From: Paraphysomonas bandaiensis
Taxonomy: Eukaryota; Protista; Chrysophyceae
DNA length: 64,000 bases
Assembly: GCA_965644295.1 (NCBI GenBank)
Contig: CBFFRP010000111.1
Coordinates: forward strand, 126,074-190,073
Reading direction: 5' to 3'
The notes beneath the pieces were generated by a model, which saw only the letters and a list, made by a program, of their open reading frames with translations, had not been told where the DNA came from and did no database searches. Position 1 is the first letter of the stretch, and the number at the start of each line of letters is the position of its first letter. Shown one piece after another: positions 39,571 through 52,330 of the stretch. The position numbers and the translations under genes are program-made.

Positions 39571-42500
39571 ATGTTGTAATGTAATATTCTATCCATCTAA
39601 TAGAAGGAATATATATGACATTAACCACAGTAGAGTCTTGACTCTTAATCTGTGTGTTATTGATAATAGTCTAAGAGAAAATTAAACTAGACTATAAGGT
39701 ACTTAAGCTGTGTGGAGGACTGACTCTATACACCTATATACGTATATATAGCAGTGTAGTTGTAGGAATTGTATTGTAAAAAGAATGACACTTCTAGACT
39801 TTCCTTCAAAAATTTTATTGAAAATTTTAGCTATTTCAGTGAGATTGTATGTATATTTCGGGTATTTCTAAATTTTTAGGGGTAAAAAATATAAAAATTG
39901 AGAAAATTAAAAAATATTTCTGAAAATCGGTCTTACTATGATTCTATGAGCGAGATGCATGTGGGAACTCGCTATAGAGCCCTCCAGAGTGTACATTACG
40001 AACATACTCTATGAATATGTAAGAGTAAACTATATGAAGGCACTAGAATGTCGGTGTATGATTACCGTCGCTTTTCAATCACCTGGATACCAACAATTTC
40101 GACCTCAAACTCATTGTTTGACTGAAGAACGATAGTTAAGTTCTTCAATATAATAAACCAGCAGTGAACTTTATGTGCTAAGCATCCTATCAGCAATCTA
40201 ACAGGCTTAAGAAATTTGTGTTACTAAGTATTGTGAGTGCATGATATGATGCAACCAAGATGAGTGTTAAAAGTTAAAAGGTGTGTCACTGGGTGGGTAT
40301 CTTTACGAGGGTAAAGATATGCATCATGATTACTTTTTGCTACTTTTCTCTATCAATAGTGGAACATATTTGTGCTTAGCCATTTAAGTGTGATGTAATA
40401 TGCAATTGACAGGGTCAATTATCAATTAACCACGACCATAGTTCTAATACATAGGACTTCAGTCATGTGCCTAAGTAGCTGATTTGGTGATACCTAGCTA
40501 GTTATATATTGATTGCTAATTGCTAGTTAGAGTAATTATTTAATATAATCGAAAATTCGAATGAAAGGCTTTGGCAATAAAGCAATAACAGCTCAACGTG
40601 AAAGCAATAACAAAGGCGAGAATGTGTGATAGAAAATGAAATGCACACATTAATTGAGAGTAGAAAAACTATATAGATGGATGTCTCGGCGATTGTTGTA
40701 GTGAGCAGACATTGGTTCTTCTAGTATTGCCACATACCACTCGTTTGTGGTAGTATTGATCCCTGGTGCCACCTCTGCTGACGGTTTTGGCATATGGTCA
40801 CCAGGTCGTCCAGCGTGGGGCCTGCAGCTACTTTATTTCTACTTGCTTTATATTGAAAGTCTTTTTTAGTCTTTTTATTTAGCAATAGGCGTTAAGAATC
40901 TGCACCAATCTAGTGGCTAGTTGAATGCTAGATATACTATTTAGACCGCTACCCATAACTAATTAGCACAAATTCTATTATCCTACTATTTAACGCTACT
41001 ATCCAGAAGCTTCTTGGGCGTCGCCGCAAGCAAGGTTACCCGTTCTCCCTGCCCGTTTGGAGTCCACCTGCAAACTTCTTATTCTGCTCCTCTTACTGTC
41101 GCACTCGTTCAAATGTGTTATAGAGCACACAGTGCCCGTGTGTCAGTCCTACCCGCAATAGTGCCCTCCAGCTGTCTTCGGTTGGTGGGTCGGCGCAGAA
41201 TGTCCCTTCAAACCCAAGTGTTGTCAAACCACACACTAGTGAAATGGAGTTGGCGTACTGATGACTTTATGTTGATATATTCATAATTTTATCGTCTAGG
41301 ATAACTTGGCATTGCTCTCGTTCCATAAGAGGGATATCTTGCAATGTATATTCAATCCAATATCATCGTTTAGCATAATAAAATCGTTTCGGAGAGTGCA
41401 CAGTCTATTAATATCTTGTACCTGGTAGTGTATTTAAAGAGTAGATTTCAACTATGAGAAGTAGAACAGGGAACAAGCGTATTGCCTGGAAGGAAAGTTT
41501 GTGATTTAATAGTTCGTGATTTGTTGGTGCTATAATTCAAGAAGTAGTGACTGTCAATTCACAGGAACTGCGTTTCAGTTCACAACTTTCTCCCACGTTC
41601 TATTGAATCATGAGTATTACGTATTACATATAGCAGATATACGTCGACGACAAGGCTTCTTACCACTGGACTTCTTTTAATAAGCATTGAAAATCTTAAC
41701 AACTCAGTTGAAATTTCTCAACTATTTGCAAAAATGCACTGTAATCTAATATATATCAAGAACTATTCACCTGCTGTGAAAGTGGAACCACTTCTCGATA
41801 TTATACAACGATAGCGCCATTTAGGTCAATTGATTGTTACCATTCTCCTAACTATAATCGCAAAAAATGTGTAGCTAAGTAGCGCAGCGTTGTAAGGCAT
41901 TAAAAAACCGTAGTAGATAATAAGTAAAGATAGCCCATATTGTTATATTTACTTGTATTCACAGACTACACTCAGACCACATCACGGACACCAATATGCA
42001 CTTACACTCTACAAAGCTACCAAGACACTGCACATCATATTGAACTGTAGAATCACACAGTCATCATGCACAATATAATAGTATACTCCGGTATAATACT
42101 GCTATCATACCGTAGCTGTCTCACTGTATACTATATACCAACTGTATTGTGCAGTATACAGTATACAGCTGTATACTGTAAGTCAAACCTTCACTCCAAC
42201 GACAATCGGCATCTTACAGGTGGATGACAGACCTACCCAACACACTTCTATAAAGAGGAATTCTGAGCAATGTCGGAGTTCGTAGTGATAGGGTTCGTTG
42301 TCCAGTGCCGACTCCATCTCTCTCCACTGGAGGCTAATGTATCTTCCACTGATTTCCATCTGCAAAAGACTTTCCACCCCCGGAATACGTCTGATATAAA
42401 TTTCTTTCCACTGGAGCTGCGGAATATGACACGTAGTAGGAGAGGGGCACACAGCATGGGAAATGAAGCGCTAAGCAGAGCGCGTGCTCCACCCACCTGA

Positions 42501-43027
42501 TCGCCAGCAATGTCAGCGAGGAGTAGAGCAAAAAACACCGCCATGAGATCCACCTACGCATTTTCATCAGATACACAACACGTAGCCACAAACAAATCAA
42601 GACGTTTATTACATTTTATATACAACACGACGGACATTATTAATGGGCATAAAGAGAACAACGTAGAAAATATTGTAATACAACTGAAAACTCACACGTA
42701 TGAGTTATTTAGAACAGAAACCGGAAAAGGAAGAGACGTACCGTTGACCACATAGCCTTCATAGGGCCACGACACACCCCATTGCATTCGTACTCTAAAA
42801 CTTTGCCATATTCTGTAGCCCCCACGTAAGTAAGCCCGCTGGGTACCACTCCACTAGAATCAAACATACATACTGCATCCTTAGAAACCTCATTCTTATG
42901 TCTCTCAGAACGCAAGTATAAATACCGACCGATAATTATATGCCACATATGGGTTGTTATACAGACAGAAGTAGCTATAATAATACAGCACAATGGACTC
43001 GCAATACCGTAGGTCATCAATACCGAG

Positions 43028-43344
43028 TGTAGGACTATCCACTTACATATAGAATATATAAGTGTACATGTCCTGTATTATATGATTAGTAGTACAGTAC
43101 TGTATTGTATACGTGTACCATGTAGTTAGGAATACAAACTGTAGGGAATGTGATTGTTGGGATTAGCAATAGCCGTTGATATTGTAGACAGTATTATTAG
43201 CCGTTGATATTGTAGACAGTATTATTAGCCGCTGATATTGTAGACAGTATTATTCATGATTCATTATACGATAATAATCATTATTTTGTACTTCTGTACT
43301 TGGGTATTGCTTTGCACACATACACATATGTATGCAAGCCCACA
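43028..43344 (+). repeat. 5' LTR (contains a 28-bp repeat x3)
   Basis: tgtaggactatcc...gcaagcccaca, with agccg(t/c)tgatattgtagacagtattatt three times. Confidence 0.97.
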
Positions 43345-43393
43345 GTAATATTACTTAATAAGTAGTACTCAATCTCTGTGATATAACAATATT

Positions 43394-46300
43394 ATGGGGG
43401 AAAGTAAGAGAAGCAAAATAAAAGCAGCTCCTCAAATAGAGGAATTGTTAGCTGCTTCGGGTTCTTCGTCTAAAAAGACGAAAAGAGAGAGAGAATCCTC
43501 TCGAAAACGAGCAAGAGATGCAACAACATCATCTCAAATGCAATCTTCTCCTCAAACTGAGACATCAGTAGAGGCGGAAGGAGAATTGAGTGGAGTATCA
43601 TTTCGTGAGCTCTCTTCTTCTCAACCAAAGAGAAAGAAGCAAAGGAGTGGAGATCCGCACCCCAACAGGAGTGAGCGCATTGACTTGAATGAAGTCATTG
43701 CAACGGAATCCACTCCACATGAAGTAATCAATACCGACTCTATTCCCTACTTAGGTAGTGTGCAAGATGAGGATATCATCGAATTTTGTGAAAATCTCTC
43801 GAAAAGAGATCCTAAAGGGACAAAATTCATAAGGTCAGAAATCATGGCACCAACAGTGCGTGATATGCTTCAGTTTCAGCGACAGCAGGATTTTGGAGAT
43901 GAGTCTGACGAGGACTGGCTAGATCCTAACATTGTAACTACTGAGGAATTGATTCAGTGGTTAAAGCAAGCCTTTCTAGAGGAAGAGGAGCGATACTCTG
44001 ATACATTGGAGCCTCTTCCTAGGTTCATAGATAATATCATTGGACCAAAAGTTAAGGTGGATATTCATGTTCCTAAAGTATTCTTAAAAGAATATGGACG
44101 TCTGAATGAGCTTTATAAGCTCATTCCGGAGGCAAGTCTCACAGAGGTAGCCTCGGATACCATAGTCAAAACCCTCAAGAAAAACATCAAACTTGTGGGC
44201 GGACATTCCTTCAGAAAGGATGCCAAAGAGAAATTTATAGCGGATATAGGCCAAGGTCAATCTGCACCAAAAGATTTCGGAGCATTCTGTAGAAAGGTGC
44301 GAGAGCTTAACAATGACTATAGTCAAGCTGTGAGAAAAGTAAAGAGGATGGAAACTAAATTGGATTCCAAAGAAACGTCTAAGTCTAACAAGTCTAAGAC
44401 TACAAAAACTTCATCCTCCAGCTCATCCTCAAGTACTAAAGCAACAACTGATACTAAGGAAGCATGTTGGATATGCGGTAATCTTCATAAAGGTGACTGC
44501 ACCCGCAAAACCTGTGCATGGGCTAACCATGAAAAGAAGCCATGGAAAGATTCCACACAGGGCAAAAAATATGCGGTTATGGGTTGGAGTACCTGCCCTT
44601 ATGTGGAGAATCCTGATGGTCCTCCAAGATCGAAAACAAGTAAGTTATCATGCCCTAAGTGTTTATATATAAATGCTATTGACATGAATAATGATATGCT
44701 CGATGTCTTTGTATATCCTAAAGCTGATGTCAATGTACAACAGGTAAAGGAAAATCTAAGAGCTAAAGCCTTATTGGACACGGGGGCTACTGGGAATAAT
44801 TTCATTAACCAAGAACTTGCTGATATGTTAGTTGCTAGGTATAGAATTCCATTGCACGAGTGTAACATTAAAATTTGTAGTGCGCTTGATAATGCTTGTT
44901 GTAGTAGCAAGCAATATATGATAATAACTATAAGATTAACTGATGAGTATAACAATACTCTTGATATTGAGTTGCAATGTTTGATAATAGATAGCACCTT
45001 TGATATCATAATTGGTAGAGAAACTATCAAGAAATATAGATTAGTTGATCATTTTCCATCTCACTTTATGGAAAGAGAGTTAGCAGGGAAAATGCTAGCT
45101 ACGGCCGCGGGCCATGCTGAGAAGACTCAGCTTCTCTCGGAACATATTAGTGAGAGAGCCACATGTTATAATAACATGGAAACATTAAGGCGCCAAGCTA
45201 AGGAACACCTTAGTTATAATAATAATTTACTTACAAGTAATAGCTTGGTTAGTACTATGTATTCACCTCCAATATCATCCATGCGTATAAGTGCATATGA
45301 AAAGGAAGATATAGGCGAGATTAGAGATAACTATCTGGAGTCAATCCCAGAAGAAATAGTTACAAATACTCAGGAAAAAGTAGAAGGTACTACGTTACCA
45401 ACTAAAATCTCTGGTCCCGAATCTTTACAAAGGAGGGTGAGAGAAATCCATGAAATCTATAAGGATAGATTTAGAACCACAGTGTCGGATATGCCAATGG
45501 ATGTTCCACCTTTTGAATTAGAGGTAGATAGGGATGCTTGGGAACAACCAAAACATTGTGGTCCGCCACGAAAGATGGATCGAGTACGACAGTATGCTTG
45601 TAAAAAGCAAATCGATACATTTGTGGAGCATGGAATAATACAACCAAGTACGGCTCCTTATTATAGCCAGGTATTATTAGTTCCCAAACCAAATGATAAA
45701 TGGCGATTCTGTGTAGACTATAAAGGTCTAAACAAGCACACACAGAGGGAACGTTGGCCAATACCTAACATCAAAGAAATGTTAGAACGTATTGGGTCTA
45801 AGAAACCCAAATACTTCATAATTCTGGATTTAGTATCTGGTTATTACCAGGCTAAAATTTCAGAGTACTCGAGAAAGTGGACGGCATTTATAACCTTCTG
45901 GGGAGTATTCGAATGGCTCCGACTACCCATGGGTTTGAGTGGTGCTCCATCATACTTTCAACGAGTATTAACAACAATTGTGCTTGCCGGGTTGATTATG
46001 TTCATATGTGAATTATATCTAGATGACCTGATTATATATGCTTCTACAGAAGATGAACTAATTGAAAATTACGTTAAAGTTCTAGAACGCTTCAGGAAAT
46101 ACAATGTTTACATTAATCCTGAGAAAGTGAAAATAGGAGAGTCCGAAGTACAATATGTAGGACATACTCTAAATGAGGAAGGGTTACACTTTACTAGAGA
46201 ACGTCTGGATAGTGTATTAAATTTCCCAAAGCCTGAAACTATGAAGGGTCTAAAATCTTTCCTCGGATTGGCAAATTATTTTCGGGATCACGTGCACAAC

Positions 46301-48226
46301 CACTCCTTAGTGGTGAGACCGTTAAATAAAATGCTTCTCAACTATCATAGACGTAAACGTCTACAATGGACAGAGGATGCCAATGAAGCATTTGAAAAGA
46401 TCAAATTGATGATCCATGAATGTCCAACATTATTTTTCATTGATGACGAGTCACCAATATATTTATTGACCGATGCATCTGATTATGGAATAGGAGCATA
46501 CCTCTACCAAGTAGTAGATGGTGTAGAACGTCCAATAGGATTTCTCAGTAAAACATTCGATGAAAGAATGATGAATTGGGATACACCTCAGAAAGAAGGA
46601 TATGCTATATACTATGCCTTAGATAAATGGGACTACCTATTAAGGTATAGATACTTTACGATCAAAACAGATCATAAAAATATTACTCAGTTGAGAACTG
46701 ATTACGCTAAGGATAAGAAAGTTCAGCGATGGTTGAAATGTTTCCAAGCATATGATTATGATCTATGTGATATTAAAGGATCTGATAATGTTGTTGCTGA
46801 TGCATTTAGTAGACTATGTGCATTAGAATCTAAAATGGAAACAAAATGTGCTTCCCTAATTCCCGATATTAAAGTTCCAAACAAGGAATGGGAAATTATC
46901 AAAAGATTTCATAACAATGTTACAGGTCATCATGGTATTGATCGTACAATACAAAAATTACGAGACAATGGTCATAAATGGTCAAAGCAAGGGGCACATG
47001 TGACAAAATTTATTAAAACTTGTCCTTGTTGTCAAAAGATGAGTAGAATTAAACCAATAATTAATGCTCATCCCTTTACTGTCTCAACATATGGCCCGAT
47101 GCAAAGAATAGCAGTGGATTTTATTCAGAGTCTGCATCCAGATGAGGATGGATACACTAATATATTAGTGATTATCGATTCTTTTTCTAGGTGGGTAGAA
47201 TTAATCCCTACTAAGAATCTCACTGCCATGGCGGCGGCAAAGGGATTGCTTCAACACCTGGGTAGATATGGAGCACCTATTGAGATTCATTCGGATCTTG
47301 GACCAGCATTTGTGGATGATTTAACAAAATCATTGATAGAAATGGTTGGAAGTAATCAATCATTTTCGATGGCGTATTCTAAAGAAGAAAATGCTATAGT
47401 GGAACGTGCTAATAAAGAAATTTTAAGGCACTTAAGAAATATTATATTTGATAAAAATGTACTAAATAATTGGTCAATGTATCTACCTTTAGTACAAAGA
47501 ATTATGAATTCTTCTAAACATAGAAGCACCGGCGTTACTCCCGCTAGTATTCTATTTGGGAATGCAGTAGATTTAGATAAGAGTTTATTCATTGAACACA
47601 ATGAGAACTTGGACGGGAACGAACAAAAGCTATCACATTGGATAGATAGAATACAAAAGGTTCAGTCCACTATTATGGATGTTGCAAGACGAAATCTTCG
47701 CAAACATGATGAAATCCACATGGCAACTGCACCAAATATACAAACAAAAGAATTTCCAATAAATTCTTATGTGTTAGTTGAGCATAGACAAAATGCTTTA
47801 CGTCCTGGACCGGCAAGTAAGTTATTACCATATCTTAAAGGTCCAATGCGAGTAGTCAATGTTATTGGAGACAAATATACTCTTCAAGATATTGTTACTA
47901 AACGTAATAAAGACTATCATATAAAGAAATTAAGGGAATTTAATTACGATCCCTCTACTATTGACCCCTTACAAGTGGCATGTAAAGATGGTGGAAACTT
48001 TTATGCTATTGACCATATTTCAAAAATAAAAGGTCGAGCTAAAGGTCCGAAAAGTCAAATAAAATTTCTAGTACATTGGATAGGGTATGAAAAACCTACA
48101 TGGGAACCATGGGCTAACGTTAGAAAAACGTATGCTCTACAAAATTTCCTAACTCAACATCCTGATGAAAATGTAAGAAATTTACTACCTCGAAATGTGG
48201 TTTATTCTTCTGATGAAGAAGATTAA
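43394..48226 (+). CDS. Gag-Pol polyprotein (Zn knuckle, protease, RT, RNase H, integrase, chromodomain)
   Basis: CWICGNLHKGDC; LLDTGA; WRFCVDYKGLN, LPMGL, YLDD; TDASDYGIGA; HHG...CPCC with D-D-E; C-terminal FLVHWIGYEKPTWEP. Gypsy domain order. Confidence 0.97.
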   Translation: MGESKRSKIKAAPQIEELLAASGSSSKKTKRERESSRKRARDATTSSQMQSSPQTETSVEAEGELSGVSFRELSSSQPKRKKQRSGDPHPNRSERIDLNEVIATESTPHEVINTDSIPYLGSVQDEDIIEFCENLSKRDPKGTKFIRSEIMAPTVRDMLQFQRQQDFGDESDEDWLDPNIVTTEELIQWLKQAFLEEEERYSDTLEPLPRFIDNIIGPKVKVDIHVPKVFLKEYGRLNELYKLIPEASLTEVASDTIVKTLKKNIKLVGGHSFRKDAKEKFIADIGQGQSAPKDFGAFCRKVRELNNDYSQAVRKVKRMETKLDSKETSKSNKSKTTKTSSSSSSSSTKATTDTKEACWICGNLHKGDCTRKTCAWANHEKKPWKDSTQGKKYAVMGWSTCPYVENPDGPPRSKTSKLSCPKCLYINAIDMNNDMLDVFVYPKADVNVQQVKENLRAKALLDTGATGNNFINQELADMLVARYRIPLHECNIKICSALDNACCSSKQYMIITIRLTDEYNNTLDIELQCLIIDSTFDIIIGRETIKKYRLVDHFPSHFMERELAGKMLATAAGHAEKTQLLSEHISERATCYNNMETLRRQAKEHLSYNNNLLTSNSLVSTMYSPPISSMRISAYEKEDIGEIRDNYLESIPEEIVTNTQEKVEGTTLPTKISGPESLQRRVREIHEIYKDRFRTTVSDMPMDVPPFELEVDRDAWEQPKHCGPPRKMDRVRQYACKKQIDTFVEHGIIQPSTAPYYSQVLLVPKPNDKWRFCVDYKGLNKHTQRERWPIPNIKEMLERIGSKKPKYFIILDLVSGYYQAKISEYSRKWTAFITFWGVFEWLRLPMGLSGAPSYFQRVLTTIVLAGLIMFICELYLDDLIIYASTEDELIENYVKVLERFRKYNVYINPEKVKIGESEVQYVGHTLNEEGLHFTRERLDSVLNFPKPETMKGLKSFLGLANYFRDHVHNHSLVVRPLNKMLLNYHRRKRLQWTEDANEAFEKIKLMIHECPTLFFIDDESPIYLLTDASDYGIGAYLYQVVDGVERPIGFLSKTFDERMMNWDTPQKEGYAIYYALDKWDYLLRYRYFTIKTDHKNITQLRTDYAKDKKVQRWLKCFQAYDYDLCDIKGSDNVVADAFSRLCALESKMETKCASLIPDIKVPNKEWEIIKRFHNNVTGHHGIDRTIQKLRDNGHKWSKQGAHVTKFIKTCPCCQKMSRIKPIINAHPFTVSTYGPMQRIAVDFIQSLHPDEDGYTNILVIIDSFSRWVELIPTKNLTAMAAAKGLLQHLGRYGAPIEIHSDLGPAFVDDLTKSLIEMVGSNQSFSMAYSKEENAIVERANKEILRHLRNIIFDKNVLNNWSMYLPLVQRIMNSSKHRSTGVTPASILFGNAVDLDKSLFIEHNENLDGNEQKLSHWIDRIQKVQSTIMDVARRNLRKHDEIHMATAPNIQTKEFPINSYVLVEHRQNALRPGPASKLLPYLKGPMRVVNVIGDKYTLQDIVTKRNKDYHIKKLREFNYDPSTIDPLQVACKDGGNFYAIDHISKIKGRAKGPKSQIKFLVHWIGYEKPTWEPWANVRKTYALQNFLTQHPDENVRNLLPRNVVYSSDEED

Positions 48227-48291
48227 TAACAAAGTTTACAGAATTGAGTGTCAATATAACACATTAACACATCAATTATAAGGGGAGGTAG

Positions 48292-48608
48292 TGTAGGACT
48301 ATCCACTTACATATAGAATATATAAGTGTACATGTCCTGTATTATATGATTAGTAGTACAGTACTGTATTGTATACGTGTACCATGTAGTTAGGAATACA
48401 AACTGTAGGGAATGTGATTGTTGGGATTAGCAATAGCCGTTGATATTGTAGACAGTATTATTAGCCGTTGATATTGTAGACAGTATTATTAGCCGCTGAT
48501 ATTGTAGACAGTATTATTCATGATTCATTATACGATAATAATCATTATTTTGTACTTCTGTACTTGGGTATTGCTTTGCACACATACACATATGTATGCA
48601 AGCCCACA
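48292..48608 (+). repeat. 3' LTR
   Basis: Matches the 5' LTR and is preceded by the PPT. Confidence 0.97.
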
Positions 48609-51600
48609 CGAGCAATGATGGAGAATGTTCGACATAATCACACCAGCTCCAAGTACTTTTCGGTATTCGTACTTGTGCGGGCGGTTTGGCCATAATATAC
48701 TTGGTATGAGTGTAATAGCCGCGTCCCATTTCTGTGTATTAGTGAATTGTATAATCAATGCAGCAAGCAGAGGCTGAAGAAACGCAATCATAGTATACGT
48801 CAATATAAACACCGGTATGAAATTCCTAAGTACAGCCGATGAGCACTGGTAAGAGTACGTGTACGGAGGTGTAAACGAAGTGGAAAGACTCACAGAGTAG
48901 TAGTTGGTACACTCCAGGTCACCATTAATAGCGTTGCACAGTTTGTAAGTACCACCAGTGCCTATATCTGCTGTACCAGTAAACAACTCCACGAAGCAGC
49001 TCTGATCTGTCATCGCACTTGCTAATATTGGAGCAACGATACTATTGAACATCATCAGAATCAAATGTAGTCGAATGCGCACCTTAGATCGCAATAAATG
49101 GGGAAACAAACTAATTCCCTTCGTGAGTACCACTGAATTGAAAACGATATCAAAAATAGAGAGGGATGCTTGCATGAACCCCGCAGCCACTTGCGATACA
49201 TCTTCCCAGATCAATATGTACACATAGGACCCTTTCACTCCCAAGACTACGATACAATTAATGAACACCACAGCAATTATATATACGTATGAACGAAGAT
49301 TTGAGCTCGTTTTTTCATTTGATGTTGCAATCGCTACAGCATCTTCAATACCTTGCGATACGTCGTTGTTAGTATCACAGTACTTTGTATCTGAGTGTAT
49401 TACAAAGCTCAGGAACCCTACCATTGCGAGGAACACCAGACAGAGCAATATATATGCACTGGTGGGTCCAACAAGAAAAGCTGCTGAGTATAGGTATCGA
49501 TACTGATAAGTGTGTGTGCCCGCACCGATAGCAGTTTTAAGAGTGACGTAAGCGATCATGAAAGTAATAATTATCATCACAGACATATTGATCACAAGAA
49601 CGCGCATTTCACGTAGACTTCGTAAGAAATTTCTCAGTTCTGGATTAATAGATGAGTTCACATTGCTGGCAACATTATGCCATTTCCTGAGAGTTGAAAA
49701 GTGCTGGATAATGACATCAAATATTTGATTTCCACGGAAGGCAAAAATTATCCCCAAAGTACCACAGACACTAGCACATAGACATGTGAAAAGGAGGAGT
49801 GAATAGTCGACACGGTCGGACCCACATGAGTATGTCGAAGATTCAGGGTCACTGTGAGGAAGGTGATTCGTATTCCGGCAATCAAACATATTTCCAGCAA
49901 GAAGGTTGATATGAGAAATTCCCTTCACACTTTTTGGTACGTGTCCTGACAGACGATTTACACTTAACGATAATTTCACGGGCTGCTGAGATTGCTCTGC
50001 TGAAATGTATCCCTCAGTATTCAGTTCATCGCATGTACCCGACAATCGGTTATGACTTAGGTCCAGCTTGTGCAAAGGAGATTTACGAAGCGAAAGAGGT
50101 ATACTACCTTCCAGAGTGTTATAGGCGAGGCTGAGGTCGGTTAACGATATGATGCCAGGAGGGTCAGGTATGGTACCTTCTAATAAATTCCCTGTTAAAT
50201 GAAGGGTCTTTAAATTAGGGAGGTCCCATATACACGCGGGAATCGTACTACCCTTGGAGGATGGTATGTAAGCCGGCTTTAAAGCAAAAGGATTCCAAAT
50301 AGATCTACGACACTCTTTACCTGAGTGCAATCCTTCCAAAACGATGGTTTCCAATGTACTGGATTCGCATACCGACGAAGGAATGGGTCCACGAAAGCAT
50401 CCACCAGTTGCAGCGACATATCGAATATTCACCAAGCTAAAAATAGCATCAGGGAAGGCACCAGAAAATCGATTTTGTGATATATCTATCGCCTGCAGGA
50501 GGGCAAATATGGAATCACCAGTGCTCGTAAAAACGTCATTCAAATCGCCTGTCAGTCTATTATTCTTAAATAATATGGTCTGTAAGGAGGAGCAGTTGCG
50601 GAGAGAATAGGGTAGCGTCCCAGTCAAATCATTGTTATACGCCGATAGCTGCTGAAGGTACCGCGCATCCCCTATGCTAGATGGCAATGGTCCCGTGATG
50701 TCGTTGCCGTGAATGTATATATATTGCTTACTCCCCTGGAACAGCTCAGCTGGTAGAGTTCCAGTAATTTCGTTGTCACCAAGGTTGAGAAGAAACAAGT
50801 ACGGTAAATTGCATAATTCTAAAGGTATAGTGGACGTAAAGAAATTACTATCCAGATGAAGTTGAATAATATTTGGAACATTAGAGTAATCAGTTGGCAC
50901 AGGTCCAGACAGTAAGTTATTCGAAACATCTAGTTCGAAGGGACGTTTTACAGGAAAAGAGCAGTTAAATACCAAAGGTCCTGTCAAATAGTTATCACTT
51001 GCTGCTAAGTGGGTCATCTTTATACCCATATATATAAATCTAATGGGTCCAGATAAAAAATTATTTGAGATATCCAGCCACTTCAGTAAAGGCATTCCAA
51101 GAATAGTATCCAGAAACCCGGTCAAATAGTTACTACTGAAATCCGCAACACGTAGTTTGGTGTAGGCACTAATTGTGTTGGGTATGCTGCTTGAGAGGAA
51201 ATTCGAAGATATGTTGAGTGTACTTAGCTTTGATAAATCACCAAGCGTTGAGGGGATACCACCATGAATACTGTTACCTCCCACCTCAATACTGTAAACC
51301 TGACACCCCCCACTGCACCAATAAGTTGGCAAATGTCCGGACAGCATATTTTCTGATACATCAATAGTCTGCAATTGCTGAGGTAAAGGAGATAGAACAG
51401 GCCCTGTAAAATAGTTGGAACGCAGTGCTACACTGACAATATTGGGCATGAAGGATAGCCCAGTGAGAATGGTTCCTGTTAACATGTTGTACCGCATATC
51501 TATAGCAGTGAGGGAACTAATACCTACAAGTGACGACGGCATGGGACCACTGAGACAATTCGTTTGGAGAAAAAGAGAAACTAACGATGTTGGCAGGGGG

Positions 51601-52175
51601 GGAATATGTCCGGATAACAATGCCGATGATATATCCATAACATACAACTGAGTCAGTTTAATAATTGAAGATGGAATGGTGCCTGTGATTGCATTATTAT
51701 CAATATACAATGTAGAGAGTGTATCAATATTGCCAATATCATCTGGAAGTGATCCCATCAGACTACAATTAGATAAACCTAATGATATAACAGTGCAATT
51801 GATTGATTGACAGGTCTCTGAGTCATATCCACAGTCCACATGAGCCCATTGATCAATACATGGATCACTTCCATCAGTAAAATTCCAATTTGTATTACAT
51901 GATTTACTCCATGTATTACCTGATGTAGAAATGAATAAAGAATGAAGGGCTGTGTATTGTTGAGTAGGTAAACAACTGTATAATGGGACGATATATATAT
52001 ATATATATGAGATGAACCATAAAGCACGTAAAGACATTATTGAGAAACTATGAGTGAGGGGTTACATGTTGTTATATACTGTGTAATCTGAGATATCGAT
52101 CTAGTCACAGATATGTGTTGGAAGCAAGTATGTTTATATGTTGCTACTCACAGTGTACAGTGCGTGTACAGCATC

Positions 52176-52293
52176 GTATGTATGTATGTATGTATGTATG
52201 TATGTATGTATGTATGTATGTATGTATGTATGTATGTATGTATGTATGTATGTATGTATGTATGTATGTATGTATGTATGTATGTATGTATGT
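52176..52293 (-). repeat. (TACA)n microsatellite on the minus strand
   Basis: (TATG)n on +, about 140 bp upstream of the LRR gene ATG. Confidence 0.95.
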
Positions 52294-52330
52294 ACTGTAC
52301 GTTTCTGTCAACTTTTATCCACGCACTCGT

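Larger units (their letters stand above)
43028..48608 (+). mobile_element. Full-length Ty3/Gypsy chromovirus-type LTR retrotransposon
   Basis: 317-bp LTRs TGT...ACA that appear identical, TSD CGAG (43024-43027, 48609-48612), PPT aaggggaggtag before the 3' LTR, and a single intact gag-pol ORF. Confidence 0.97.
42248..52037 (-). pseudogene. LRR receptor-like multi-pass membrane protein gene, disrupted by Gypsy insertion
   Basis: Signal peptide, an LRR N-cap (DPCIDQWAHVDC), about 20 plant-type LRRs (LxxLxLSxNxLxGxIP) and several TM helices. The frame MSNILHHCS (to 48609) continues exactly as VLMTYGIASPLCC at 43023 after removing the element and one TSD. The last exon ends at 42248. Confidence 0.88.

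Noticed and set aside
48528-48608. C-terminus of the 1169-aa LRR ORF (CGLAYICVC…)
   Set aside because: Read-through into the antisense LTR; the true C-terminus lies beyond the element.
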